A stretch of 64,000 bases of DNA from Octopus bimaculoides (lineage: Eukaryota). Both the position numbers and the translations under genes were made by a program. The notes below the pieces were generated by a model that saw only the letters and a list, made by a program, of their open reading frames with translations, was not told the origin of the DNA and ran no database searches. Shown piece by piece: positions 11,943-22,405 of the stretch; within the stretch, counting starts at the first letter, position 1; the number at the start of each line of letters is the position of its first letter. The DNA is taken from positions 95,413,130 through 95,477,129 of the forward strand of contig NC_068984.1 in NCBI RefSeq assembly GCF_001194135.2. Reading direction: 5' to 3'.

Positions 11943-13890
11943 CTGAATTTCTTCCTATTGTCCTGCTTGGATGTTGGACTGCGGTTAAAGCAGACCTTGG
12001 TTTTTCTTCTGCTGAGCTCTTGCATGGTATCACACTGGCATTGCCTGGTATGATGTTGGTACCAGACAAGTCACAGTCTCTTAATCCAGAGTCTTATGTT
12101 GCTCGACTACGCAGTTATTTTTCTGCCCTTCCACCTATGGGTCCCTGACACCAANNNNNNNNNNNAAAGGACCCTTTCGTGTGCTCTTCAGCATGCCAAA
12201 AATATTCAAACTTCACATTAATGGTCGTTCGGAGACTGTCTCCATAGATCGTCTTAAAAGGGCATATTTTGAGGTGTCCACATCTTTTGATGACACCACT
12301 GCCACAACCATCTTTGAACCTTCACATGCACCTTTGACAACACCATCACTTACACATGCACCTTTGTCAACACCATCACATTTACGTACATCTTTATCAA
12401 CACCAACATCGGCAACACCACCTTCGTCGTCGCAGCTTGCCTCAAACAAACCTTATGTTACGAGGTCAGGCAGAACTGTACACTGGCCAAAGAAACTTGC
12501 AAAGACTATTTATGTTTGACATTCTCAATTGTGTTTCCAGTGACAGTTATAATACTTATTGAACTTTGTTTTTCTCTTTCTTTGGTGCATGCTTATTTAT
12601 ATTGTAAATTTTACTTTGAATTGTCATATTGTGTGCCACATTTTCTTGGTGATTTGGTAACCATCTTATTTTCTGGAGTCACTACAATTTTTTTGTTTCG
12701 TGCTTCCGCACTCGAGGGGGAGCCTAGTAGTGACATCATCTTGAGAGTCTTCAGTATGCACGTGCAGGATTGGAATCTTCTGGAAGGCCTGCGGAAGTCC
12801 CCTCATGCGGATGCACTGAAAACTGTCGGAAAAAGTTCTCTCGCGTTCCCTGCTTGCATCTCTGACTTGAGATGCAGCTGTTGAACATTGCAGACGTGTT
12901 TTCACTAGCAGTTTGCCTACGCTCCTGTCCCAGATGCATGGGATTGACCAGCTCTGTTTGTTACTGGAGTTTCTGTGAAGTTATTTTCACAAATGTCTAA
13001 TTAACTCCAGTTTTGCTGTTTTTATTACCAAACCTGTTTCTCCAAGATGTTCCAAGTTATATTATTAGCTTCAGAGAATGATTAACTCCAGATTTGCTGT
13101 TTTTACACCAAACCGTGGTTGCTGACAGACCAAATGTACATTTTATATATACCAGAACAAAAGAGTGTTATATGTTCATGGTTATTAACTGTCCGAATGT
13201 ACCTTTTATATATACCAGAACAAAAGAGTGTTATATGTTCATTATTGCTGATTGTCCCTGCCGGTACATTTTGTACATAACAGAATAAAGAGTGTTATAT
13301 TGTTCGGATGCTTTCTTGTTTCTGAATAATTATTGTTTCTAAAAATATTGAAGTAAGGAAATTGTGTAGCACCCAATCAGTGCAAAACACACAAATTTGA
13401 AATTTTCTTAAAAGTTGTTCATTGTCCATGAGATGGAACACTGTCTGGATTAATACTGTATAAATTGCAGATATACATTTCCTTGACAAACTCTTATAAT
13501 AGCTACAGTTATACCTTGTCTAAAGTAACACTCTGGTAACTACAATTACACATTGAATTAATACTCTGATAGCTAAAGCTGTATGCTGATTAGATCAACA
13601 ATGTGTTGAATTGTACAATGTTTGTCAGGAATAAGCTAATACAATGGTTGTACAGTGTTTGGAATAACACTATGGTAGCTATTGTACTAAAACTGGGAAC
13701 TACAGCCATACACTGCCTAACCTAACTGATAACTGTAGCTATACATTGTCTGGATAAACACCATCATAGCTACATTTGTATCTTAGCTGTTTGGACCTGT
13801 GGTATTTTCCAGAATATTAAACATTTTAAAATAACTACAGAATTATAGAATAGAAAATTGTACAAAATATAAATCAAGAGGGTGGCATAC

Positions 13891-14061
13891 CACTTTTTCT
13901 CTTGCATGGAGAACACCAATCTTTCCAAAGCGTACGTGGAATGGAGAACAGCTGTAGGTATCATCTTCATGCTGAATAATAATGACATCAATGGAACCTG
14001 TTAAAGTGGCAGGGTTGATGTCTTTGTAGAAGCCAAAGATCTTGTTCAGTAATCTACTCAT
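13891..14061 (-). CDS. LPIN: Lipin (phosphatidate phosphatase) first coding exon, N-LIP domain
   Basis: Encodes [57 protein letters not shown], matching the lipin N-terminal NPATLxGxID...[17 protein letters not shown] motif. Acceptor ttctttctttcattcAG lies just before 14079, leaving 18 nt of UTR with an in-frame TAG before the ATG. Donor GTG|gtatgc at 13890, phase 0. Confidence 0.97.
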
Positions 14062-14239
14062 CTTCTATTTGTGTTTGGTCTGAATGAAAGAAAGAAATAT
14101 ATAATTAAAATAATAACATTTTCTTAATTGGATAGAAGGGCTGCAAAAAATATTTAGGACAATGCAAAGTGGGGACAGTGGGATATACATAAACACATGC
14201 AAACAATATAAAAACAATAAAAATCAACAAGAAACTTAT

Positions 14240-14990
14240 TCCAACAACATCTCTAAAGGGGAGAAATGCCATTCAGAGGTGACCAAAGAACCCCACAGTT
14301 ACCCTATTCACCACAAATACCATGGGAATTGCTTTTCTCTTCCCCATCCTTTTTAGCCTACAGGTGCAGGTCCATTCACTCAGGCCATTCTTGCTACATT
14401 CACCTACTTTTTTACAAATTTACTGGGCAAGAAACACCTGCTCTACCCTCACTTTCCTTTCCAAGTGGAACTTGAAAAATCAATGAGAGCTTGGCTGAAA
14501 AAAAAAATGCCTGTCTATGGTCCATTCAGTTGCATCCACCACACAACAACTTCCACCATAGCCACCAGACAGAGGAAAACTGGCTGTCTATACCAGCCAA
14601 AGAAATGTGTCAGTGCAATCTTCACAATGGAGTTGGGGAAAGCCTAAAGTAGCCTGTTCAAGGCTGTTGTACTATGGTTCCCAATGTCATGTGGAGAAAC
14701 TCTCTCTTTTCCATATATCTATTTCAGGACCTGAGACTTTCACTATTGAATATCTCCTTTTTGTGCTATGTAAGGGAGCAGTTCTGTATTTTTCCATCTT
14801 ATTAGCATGATGTTAAAAGTGGGTGCAATTTGTTGTTGTGTATTTTTATCTTTCTTCCTCATCACCAGAGGTTTGGTCAGAAGGCTTCAACTTAGCTGGG
14901 GAGGATGGGAGCAAGAGCATGTTTCCTTGTATACGTTTGTGTTTGTGTATGTAGAAGAGGATGGAAAAGGGGCAGGGGAGAAAAGACTAA
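14240..14990 (-). mobile_element. Highly decayed LINE 3' fragment (possibly L1/Tx1-like)
   Basis: Broken frames include FKFHLERKVRVEQV-like text and Cys/His-containing segments. Family assignment is weak. Confidence 0.3.
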
Positions 14991-16363
14991 GCTAGGTTGC
15001 GATAACCCCAGGGTGATGATTATTTTGTTATAGTAATTATTTTTTGCCACTTCAGTTGTTACTGCTGGCAAATTTGATGGAGATATTGTTGGTATGACAA
15101 CTGTTGTCTTTGTTATTGTTAATGTTGGTCCAGATGCTGTTATTGTAGCTCCTTTTTGTTTTCCTTGCTGCTACTGTTGTTATTATTTTCTGTTGTTGTT
15201 GCAGTGAGACTCTCCTTTCTCCTTTCATGTTTTGGTTATATGGGCTAAATACTTTGAGATGGTCAATTATTCTACAGACAAGGTATTTTGGTCGTCTGTC
15301 CTTGACCCTTACTCTTAGTTCTGCTCCATTTCAATGCATATTTGTAGAGTGGAATTATACTAGTGTTCGTGAGAATTTTAGGACGATTGAAATTTTGAAT
15401 CTCTAATTTCTTGAACAAGCATTAAAATAATTTAAGCTCAAGACTTTGTTTGGATACACTCAAGTACACACAAACACACATACACCCATATGTGTTTGTG
15501 TATTGTGAAACAGAAAAAAACTACTGTTGTAAGAAGGTTACAAGTTGAAATTTATTGGACATGAGAGCTAGTAGTTTTGTGACTAAAGGTAAACTAAATA
15601 GACAGATCACAAGAATCATATTTCATACACAAAGTTAGAACAGCTGTATCAGAAACTGATAAACTTAAAATATACATGTAAACAGACACAAAAACCTCTG
15701 CTTTATAGTAAGTAATGTACAACAAGCACCCTCACACATTTTGATACTGCTTACCTTAGGAAAATAAAAGAGTTTTATTTCACTGGAGTTAAGTTCAAAG
15801 TAAATATACTCTGCCTTGTTTATAGGAATTCATAATGAACAAAATGAGGTTTGTTCAGATAGCTTAATCAGCAGTTGTCAACTCTTATGAAATAGAGTTA
15901 TTTTAGGTTTCTTTTATTCAGTTATTTTACCCACCCCTACTACATTTAAAGAAATTCCATTAGAGTTAAAATCTAAAACTAAATTGAAGGATTGGTAGTG
16001 GGATTTAGTTTTCTTAACAGCTATATAAATATACTTAATGTGATTGTGTGCGCGTGTGTATACAGTGAGAGAGAGAGAGAGGGAGAGAGAGAGAGAGAGA
16101 GAGAGAGAAAGAAAGAGAGAGATTATATACATGGCTGGCTCTGAACAGTGGGGGTAAAACTCATGACTTATCAAACGTTAACTGGCTTTGATTCCTTTTA
16201 CTTGTACTCTGAAAGCTCTTTAGGGAAAAAGTCAGGGTACCACAACTCCTAATTTACATCTTTCAAAAGCTTTATTCTTTCACTTTGCTACATGACAGTT
16301 TTTTTTCCATTAATCCACCTTTTATGACTATATTTCTAACAAAATTCTAAGTTTCAATTAATA

Positions 16364-16775
16364 TTGGTTTCATATATTGGCACAAGGCCAACAATTTTGG
16401 GGAGTGGGTAAGTCGAATACATCAACATCAGTGCTCAATTAGTACTTATTTTATTGACCCTGAAAATATGAAAGGCAAAGTTGACTCTGGCAAAATTTGA
16501 ACTCAGAATACAAAGTCGGAAGAAATGCTGCTAAGCATTTTGTCTGGTACAGTAACAATTCTGCCAGTGTACTGCCTTAAAGTTTCAATTAATAGTGATT
16601 CCAAATTTTGACACAAGGCCAGCAATTTTGGGTGAGGCAGTAAGTCAATTACATTGACCCCAGTGTTCAACTAGTACTTATTTTGGTGGAATTTGAATGC
16701 AGAACGTAAAGATGGATGAAATGCCAGTAAGCATTTTGCTTGGAACAGTAATGATTCTGCCAGCTCGCTGTCTCA
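16364..16775 (-). mobile_element. Two adjacent decayed tRNA-derived SINE copies
   Basis: Both align to the intact SINE at 50787-51019 (ggcagaa...ttagc A-box region, gagttcaaatt B box). Each is bounded by aagtttcaattaata. Confidence 0.8.
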
Positions 16776-16859
16776 AAGTTTCAATTAATATTGAAAATAA
16801 AGAAAAATTTGGAAGAATTTAGAAAAATAATGTTCTTAGTGAGATATTAAGTCTGTTTG

Positions 16860-17690
16860 AAACATAACAAAAATCCTTCCTTCACATAAAATTGTGAAGG
16901 AAGGATTACAGAAGTGGGTTCAATTTATACCAGCTTCTATATGAAATTAGCTAGCAGGAACCTATGTGTACATTATAAATCAGGTCTTCCCACCAGAGCC
17001 TAAGTTACTGACACACAAAATGAAATCTTACATATAATGATAGTTGCAGTGATGCAGCAGACAAAGCTGTCAACACCAAATAGTTTCACAAGATCCTGCT
17101 AGACAATGGCTATCCAACACCTTTCACCAAACAACTGTACATTAATAATGCTGATGTTAATAAGCATAAAAAAGCCCATATTCTCAAGAGTGGCATGTAC
17201 ATCTTGAAACTAACTTACTTCAATGACTGAACTACTACTGCAATCTATCAAGTGATCCATAGGGAAGGACTGAACATACAGATGGTGCACTCCAGCCTAT
17301 CTTTGAGCAGGTATCTAGAAATCTAATTACAAACAGCATCAAAGGGTGCACACTGTCCAATTGTCCTATCAATAATTTAAACATGTGTTCAAAGGTCGGT
17401 CTATGTAATATATAAAGTAGTCTGTAGCAAATGTGGTGCATCCTACACTGGATGCACCATCAGAAAACAGCACATCCATATGAAAAAAGATGTATGTACA
17501 GACATTTTTGTTTACCAACACCTGACAAAGTGTCAGACCCAGGACTTTATTGCAACTATCAGTCACAAAATGCAAGATAGGCAATCTTAGAAAGTATAAT
17601 AGCCAGAATAAGAATAAGTTGAGAAAAGTTCAAGGACCTCTGCAAGTAATAAAGAACTTTTCCCTCAGAGTGACGGGCAGAGTGTATATT
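16860..17690 (+). mobile_element. Decayed Penelope-like element (RT thumb plus GIY-YIG endonuclease)
   Basis: ILLDNGYP at about 17093-17116 is the PLE L..NGYP motif. VIYKVVCSKCGASYTGCT at 17405-17458 resembles the PLE GIY-YIG V.Y...C..C...Y.G.T. Multiple stops and frameshifts. Confidence 0.75.
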
Positions 17691-17944
17691 GCTTATGTAA
17701 AAGAATGATGTTGCAAGCTAGTGAGATATCAACTTGAAAAGAGAGGATTTGTGAATAGAAGAAAGAAGTAAAATGAGCATGCATTGCTGGATGTGCCATA
17801 TCAGTGAGCAAGAATGAAAGAGTATAAAAGAACTGATAGAAAAACTGAATATAAGAAGAAACAAGACTGCATTGGATGGGCATGTGAAGATATGAAAGAG
17901 GACAAATGTATAAAAAAAAAGCTCTATGTACTCAAAGAGAATGG

Positions 17945-18080
17945 AATATGTAGAAGAGAGAGAGATGTAGAAGAGAGGAAGACTTGGCACAAATGGAACA
18001 TGTAGAAGAGAGAGACATGTAGAAGAGAGAGAGAGAGATGTAGAAGAGAGGAAGACTTGGTACAAAGTAGAGAAGACTGA
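17945..18080. repeat. Purine-rich minisatellite, unit atgtagaagagag(ag)n
   Basis: About 5 copies of tgtagaagagag. The longer unit gatgtagaagagaggaagacttgg occurs twice. Confidence 0.8.
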
Positions 18081-19298
18081 TCTGGAGTTGCTGCATCTCA
18101 CAAGGGAATGGACAAAAGGCTATATCAGTAGGTGACACATAGTATGAGAAAAGGCATAGTAAAACAAACATTAGTAGTGATGGTGGCTACATCCCTATTT
18201 CTCTCATCCCGGCTGCCATAATTCTTATCACTACCTCCTTCCCCCTTTATGAGGCCTAGCTCATATGCAATACGCTCTAACATTAACCTTTCTTTCTCAT
18301 TATTGACACCCACCACAGTCTACTGCCATTATTATTTATTACTCTATATCTCTCTCTACCATCAGACTCTTACATCTTTCACTCACCCATCCTTTTTCTC
18401 CTTCAGTCATTCCTTTCACTTCTATTCTTTCTGTCATGTTGCCTTGAGTGAATGAACAAGTCATATAATGGTGAGGATTCTGATGTCATCATAAATTGCA
18501 TGCAAAACACTGCAAAATAGTAGGTAAATGAGCAAAGACGATGTGAAGTTGGTCATAAAATGCAACCAGAACACTCAGTAAAGAAGTGGTTGGTGATAAG
18601 AAGGTCACCTAGCAGTAGAAAACAAGCCAAAACTGAAATGCATGAGTGAGATGGGTTTTTTGACTCATCTAGAAGTGCAGTAACTCTGAATAAAAATTGA
18701 CTAGAACTTTAATGACCTATCCAACTCATGCCAGAAAAAGTATGTGATATATGTATATATATATATATATATATATNNNNNNNNNNNNNNNNNNNNNNNN
18801 NNNNNNNNNNNNNNNNNNNNNNNNNNNNNNNNNNNNNNNNNNNNNNNNNNNNNNNNNNNNNNNNNNNNNNNNNNNNNNNNNNNNNNNNNNNNNNNNNNNN
18901 NNNNNNNNNNNNNNNNNNNNNNNNNNNNNNNNNNNNNNNNNNNNNNNNNNNNNNNNNNNNNNNNNNNNNNNNNNNNNNNNNNNNNNNNNNNNNNNNNNNN
19001 NNNNNNNNNNNNNNNNNNNNNNNNNNNNNNNNNNNNNNNNNNNNNNNNNNNNNNNNNNNNNNNNNNNNNNNNNNNNNNNNNNNNNNNNNNNNNNNNNNNN
19101 NNNNNNNNNNNNNNNNNNNNNNNNNNNNNNNNNNNNNTAGTTATTGCCAAGCTAAGATGGTAGTCCAGAAAAATAAGATGAATGCTGCCGTTAATTAGCT
19201 CCAAGAGGCCATCGCTTTTAGCTAGCTATGTGACACACAAACCTGTGTCCATTACAACCTTCGAACAGGTCATCAGCTTCCCCATGCTGGTTCAGACA

Positions 19299-19341
19299 TC
19301 CACAGACAAGTTTCAGCGTATTTGCCCTTTATCAATGTGGA
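19299..19341 (-). ncRNA. Degenerate minimal type I hammerhead ribozyme motif
   Basis: Minus strand reads TCCACA-ttgataa-agggcaaatacgct-GAAAC-tt-GTC-TGTGGA. Perfect 6-bp stem I. Core is 2 transitions from CTGATGA. Confidence 0.55.
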
Positions 19342-19450
19342 GTAGTTGAACCCAGCAGGCGTCGCTGTTGACTGTCTGTTCGAAGGTTTATATATATTCA
19401 GTGGAACACATCCACTGGTTTTCAAAAATAGAAATATAGTTTGTAAGTGC

Positions 19451-19492
<42 letters not shown>

Positions 19493-19502
19493 NNNNNNNN
19501 NN

Positions 19503-19536
<34 letters not shown>

Positions 19537-19674
19537 AACATACATACGTACATACATACGTATAAGTACAGGTGAGGATATATAAACCTCAGAGGGATAG
19601 AAATATCCAAGATTAGACTGGTTGAATACCTTATAATATAGGCACACGCACACACATGCATATAATTATTATAA

Positions 19675-20956
19675 AAACCAAGAGAGAAGATGAAGATAAG
19701 ATTGATATAAATTTATTAATACATTGACAAAACTGACAGTTGTTTCAATTCCTTGCTTATAGCATAAAATCGATCAAATTTAATTTGATTAAATCAATTT
19801 GGTTAATTATTATAAGCCAGAATATCATCAGGGAAGAATGTACAAAGAAATTTATATATAACATATTCAAAACATAATGAAAACATTAAAAAAGCAAACA
19901 GGATAAATACACTGTACCATTAAAATCAATACATAATATAAAAATATATACAGTTATAAAAGTAGTTATTGTCATAAATTAATATAAATAATGTTAATGC
20001 AGACATACCCAAGCAAAAATATAATAAACGGTGATATATAAAAAAAACAATAGACAGGTTATTAAATTATGGGAGTAGAGAAGTGAAATTATTAGATATT
20101 TCTGCAAGATTGCAGAGATCCTTGAACGGAGACATGTTGATGCAAGTTGTGTGCAAGAGGTAAGGTGGAGAAGAGCTTCAGCCAGAGTCCTCACAGGCAA
20201 AGCACATAGGTATAAACTCTTCTGGGAAGGTAACAGTAATGGAAAAGAAGGTGTGGGCATACTTCTTGCAGAGAAATGGGTGGATAAGTTCATAGAGGTA
20301 GTGAGGGTGCACAATAGAGTACTTAAACTCAGGCTAGTCTTGCAGAATGGTATAGCTACAATTATCTCTACCTATTCCCCACAAGCAGGCCTACCAAATA
20401 AACATAAGGATCACTTTTATGATATTCTGCTGCAGGCTACCTCAGAAACGAGTGACAATGATCACGTTTTTGTGGCTGGAGATTTTAATGGGCATATTGG
20501 ACAGCAACCTGGTATCTTCCACCGTGTACATGAAAGCCTTGGAGTTGGTACCAGAAACGAAGAGGGAACTAAGATCCTGGAGTTCTGTGATGCAAATAAC
20601 CTACTGATCTGCAACACCAATCTCAGGAAGCCAGCCAGCCACCTAATAACCTACCAATCAAGTGACTCTGCTAGCCAGATTTATTTCATTCTCACCACAC
20701 AGTGGGATACATGGTTGCTCTCAGAGTGATTGGCATTACGAAGGGTATCCAGTTGTAGAAACATTGCCAAATCAGATTGGAGCCAAGTGCAGCCACTGGC
20801 TTTCCAGACCTCAGTCAAACCGTCCAACCTATGCCAGCATGGAAAACAGACGTTAAACGATGATGATGATGATGAAACATATATACATATAGATATGTAC
20901 ACACTCACATACATACACACATACATACATACATACATATATATATATATATACAA

Positions 20957-20987
<31 letters not shown>

Positions 20988-21487
20988 CACAAATGTCTAT
21001 ACATATATATTATGTGTGTGTATGTGAGTGTGTGTACATGTGTATGTGTATATATATGTTTATATATGAAATATCTAATTATTTCACTTCTCTACTCCCA
21101 TAATTTAATAACCTGTCTTTTGTTTTTTTTTATATAGCACCATGTATCATATTTTTGCATGGGTCTGTCTGCATTAACATTATTTATATTAATTTATGAC
21201 AATAACTATTTTTATAACTGTATATATATTTTTATATTATGTATTGATTTTAATGGTACACTGTATTTTTCCTGTTTGCTTTTTTAATGTTTTCAATATG
21301 CTATATATAGATTTCTTTGTACATTCTTCCCTGATGATATTCTATCTTATAATAATTAATCAAATTGATTTAATTAAATTAAATTTGATTGATTTTAGTC
21401 TATAAGCAAAGAACTGAAACAATTGTAAGTCTTATCTATGTACTAATAAATTTTTATTAATCTTATCTCCATCTTCTCTCTTGGTTT
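19675..21487. repeat. ~420-bp inverted repeat arms (19675-20102 and 21068-21487), each with a hammerhead-like motif
   Basis: The arms align by eye end to end with scattered mismatches and indels. Both contain CTGATGA...GAAAC-NNNN-GTH reading outward from the centre. Confidence 0.9.
20103..20875 (+). mobile_element. Internally deleted RTE LINE (AP endonuclease fused directly to the 3' tail)
   Basis: QEVRW, GVGILLAEKWVD and AGDFNGHIG endonuclease motifs. Near 20720 it jumps to the RTE 3' end and (GAT)n tail. Confidence 0.9.
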
Positions 21488-21511
21488 ATATATATATATA
21501 TGTATATAATT

Positions 21512-21934
21512 GCCAACCAAGTGCAGCGCCCTATACGGGACAGTGCTACTGGCGTTTATAGCTTCAGGAAGACATCTCTTCAAGCTGGCTAATGACACAC
21601 GTTCTAAGTCTGATTAGTCACAAAATACTATATGCTTTTTCCAGCATCAAACCGTCACTGATCTTGAAAAAGGAGAAATAAGCTATATTAAATCTCTGAG
21701 TGAGACGTAAACAGTAGCAATATGGAATTGTAACATATAATAGCCAACCAAGTGTGGCATCCTATACGGGACAGTGCTTCTGGTGTTTATAGCCCCAGGA
21801 AGACATCTCTTCCAGCTGGCTAATGACACACATTCTGTGTCCAATTAGTATTTGTGAGGGGAGGTCATCACTCCCATCCCTAGCCTTACATGATACACAC
21901 AGACTTGAGTTTCTGGCTGGTTACCCTTCCTCAG
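21512..21934 (-). mobile_element. Partial-tandem repeat element (pLTR-like) ending in a truncated hammerhead motif
   Basis: A ~105-bp segment gccaaccaagtg...gctggctaatgacacac recurs at 21512 and 21743 (period 231). Minus strand 21895-21934 reads CTGAGGA-agggtaaccagcca-GAAAC-tcaa-GTC-tgtgtg. Confidence 0.6.
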
Positions 21935-22199
21935 ATTGGAGCCTGGTGCAGCCGCTGGCTTTCCAGACCTCAGTGAAACCGTCCAACCCATGCCAGCATG
22001 GAAAACAGATAAAGGGAAATTACTATGTAATTGACCGTTATTAAGATAAAAGAGCTAACAGAATGAACGTTAAATAAGGGGAAAAAACGAAGGGGAGGGA
22101 GTAAAAATGCTCATAGCAATCGTGTATGCGCGCATGTACATACATACACATACGCGCATGCACACCCACATACATGTGCCTATATGCATATGTCTGTTC

Positions 22200-22312
22200 A
22201 ATTCCAGGCAGTGACCTGAATAATAATAACAACAAGAACAACAATAAGAACAACAAGAGCAACAACGAGAACAACAACAGCAACAAGAAAAACAACAACA
22301 ACAACAACAACA
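22200..22312. repeat. (AAC/AAT/AAG)n trinucleotide microsatellite
   Basis: aataataataacaacaagaacaacaat...caacaacaac. Confidence 0.95.
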
Positions 22313-22359
22313 TCGAAAAATACCTTAGGAACGAGAATCCAGGTTCAAAATTTCCCCAA

Positions 22360-22405
22360 GTCACCGGATAAAGGCTGGAGAGTATATCAGCCGAAACATT
22401 GTGTT
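22360..22405 (+). ncRNA. Degenerate minimal hammerhead motif within a ~180-bp repeat (about 22313-22490)
   Basis: cac-cggataa-a-GGCTG-gagagtatat-CAGCC-GAAAC-att-gtg. Perfect 5-bp stem II. Core has 2 mismatches to CTGATGA. The cleavage triplet is ATT rather than GTH. Confidence 0.55.

Larger units (their letters stand above)
9430..13340 (+). mobile_element. Ty3/Gypsy LTR retrotransposon, 5'-truncated and frameshifted (RT-RNaseH-integrase plus putative 3' LTR)
   Basis: RT motifs [15 protein letters not shown] and YVDD. RNaseH motifs DAS..VGAVLQ and GKENVSADALSR. Integrase motifs HPGISAT, RWPEAIP and GPF...VSIDRLK. Purine tract gagggggag at 12714-12722, followed by LTR-like sequence with AATAAA near 13284. 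The right boundary is approximate. Confidence 0.93.

Noticed and set aside
13130-13305. CRISPR-like repeat-spacer pattern, also at 40980-41290
   Set aside because: Eukaryotic context, degenerate tandem units without unique spacers, and no cas genes.
22041-22371. Leu-rich and Asn-rich ORFs, and similar I/Y/M/T homopolymer ORFs elsewhere
   Set aside because: Translations of trinucleotide and dinucleotide microsatellites.
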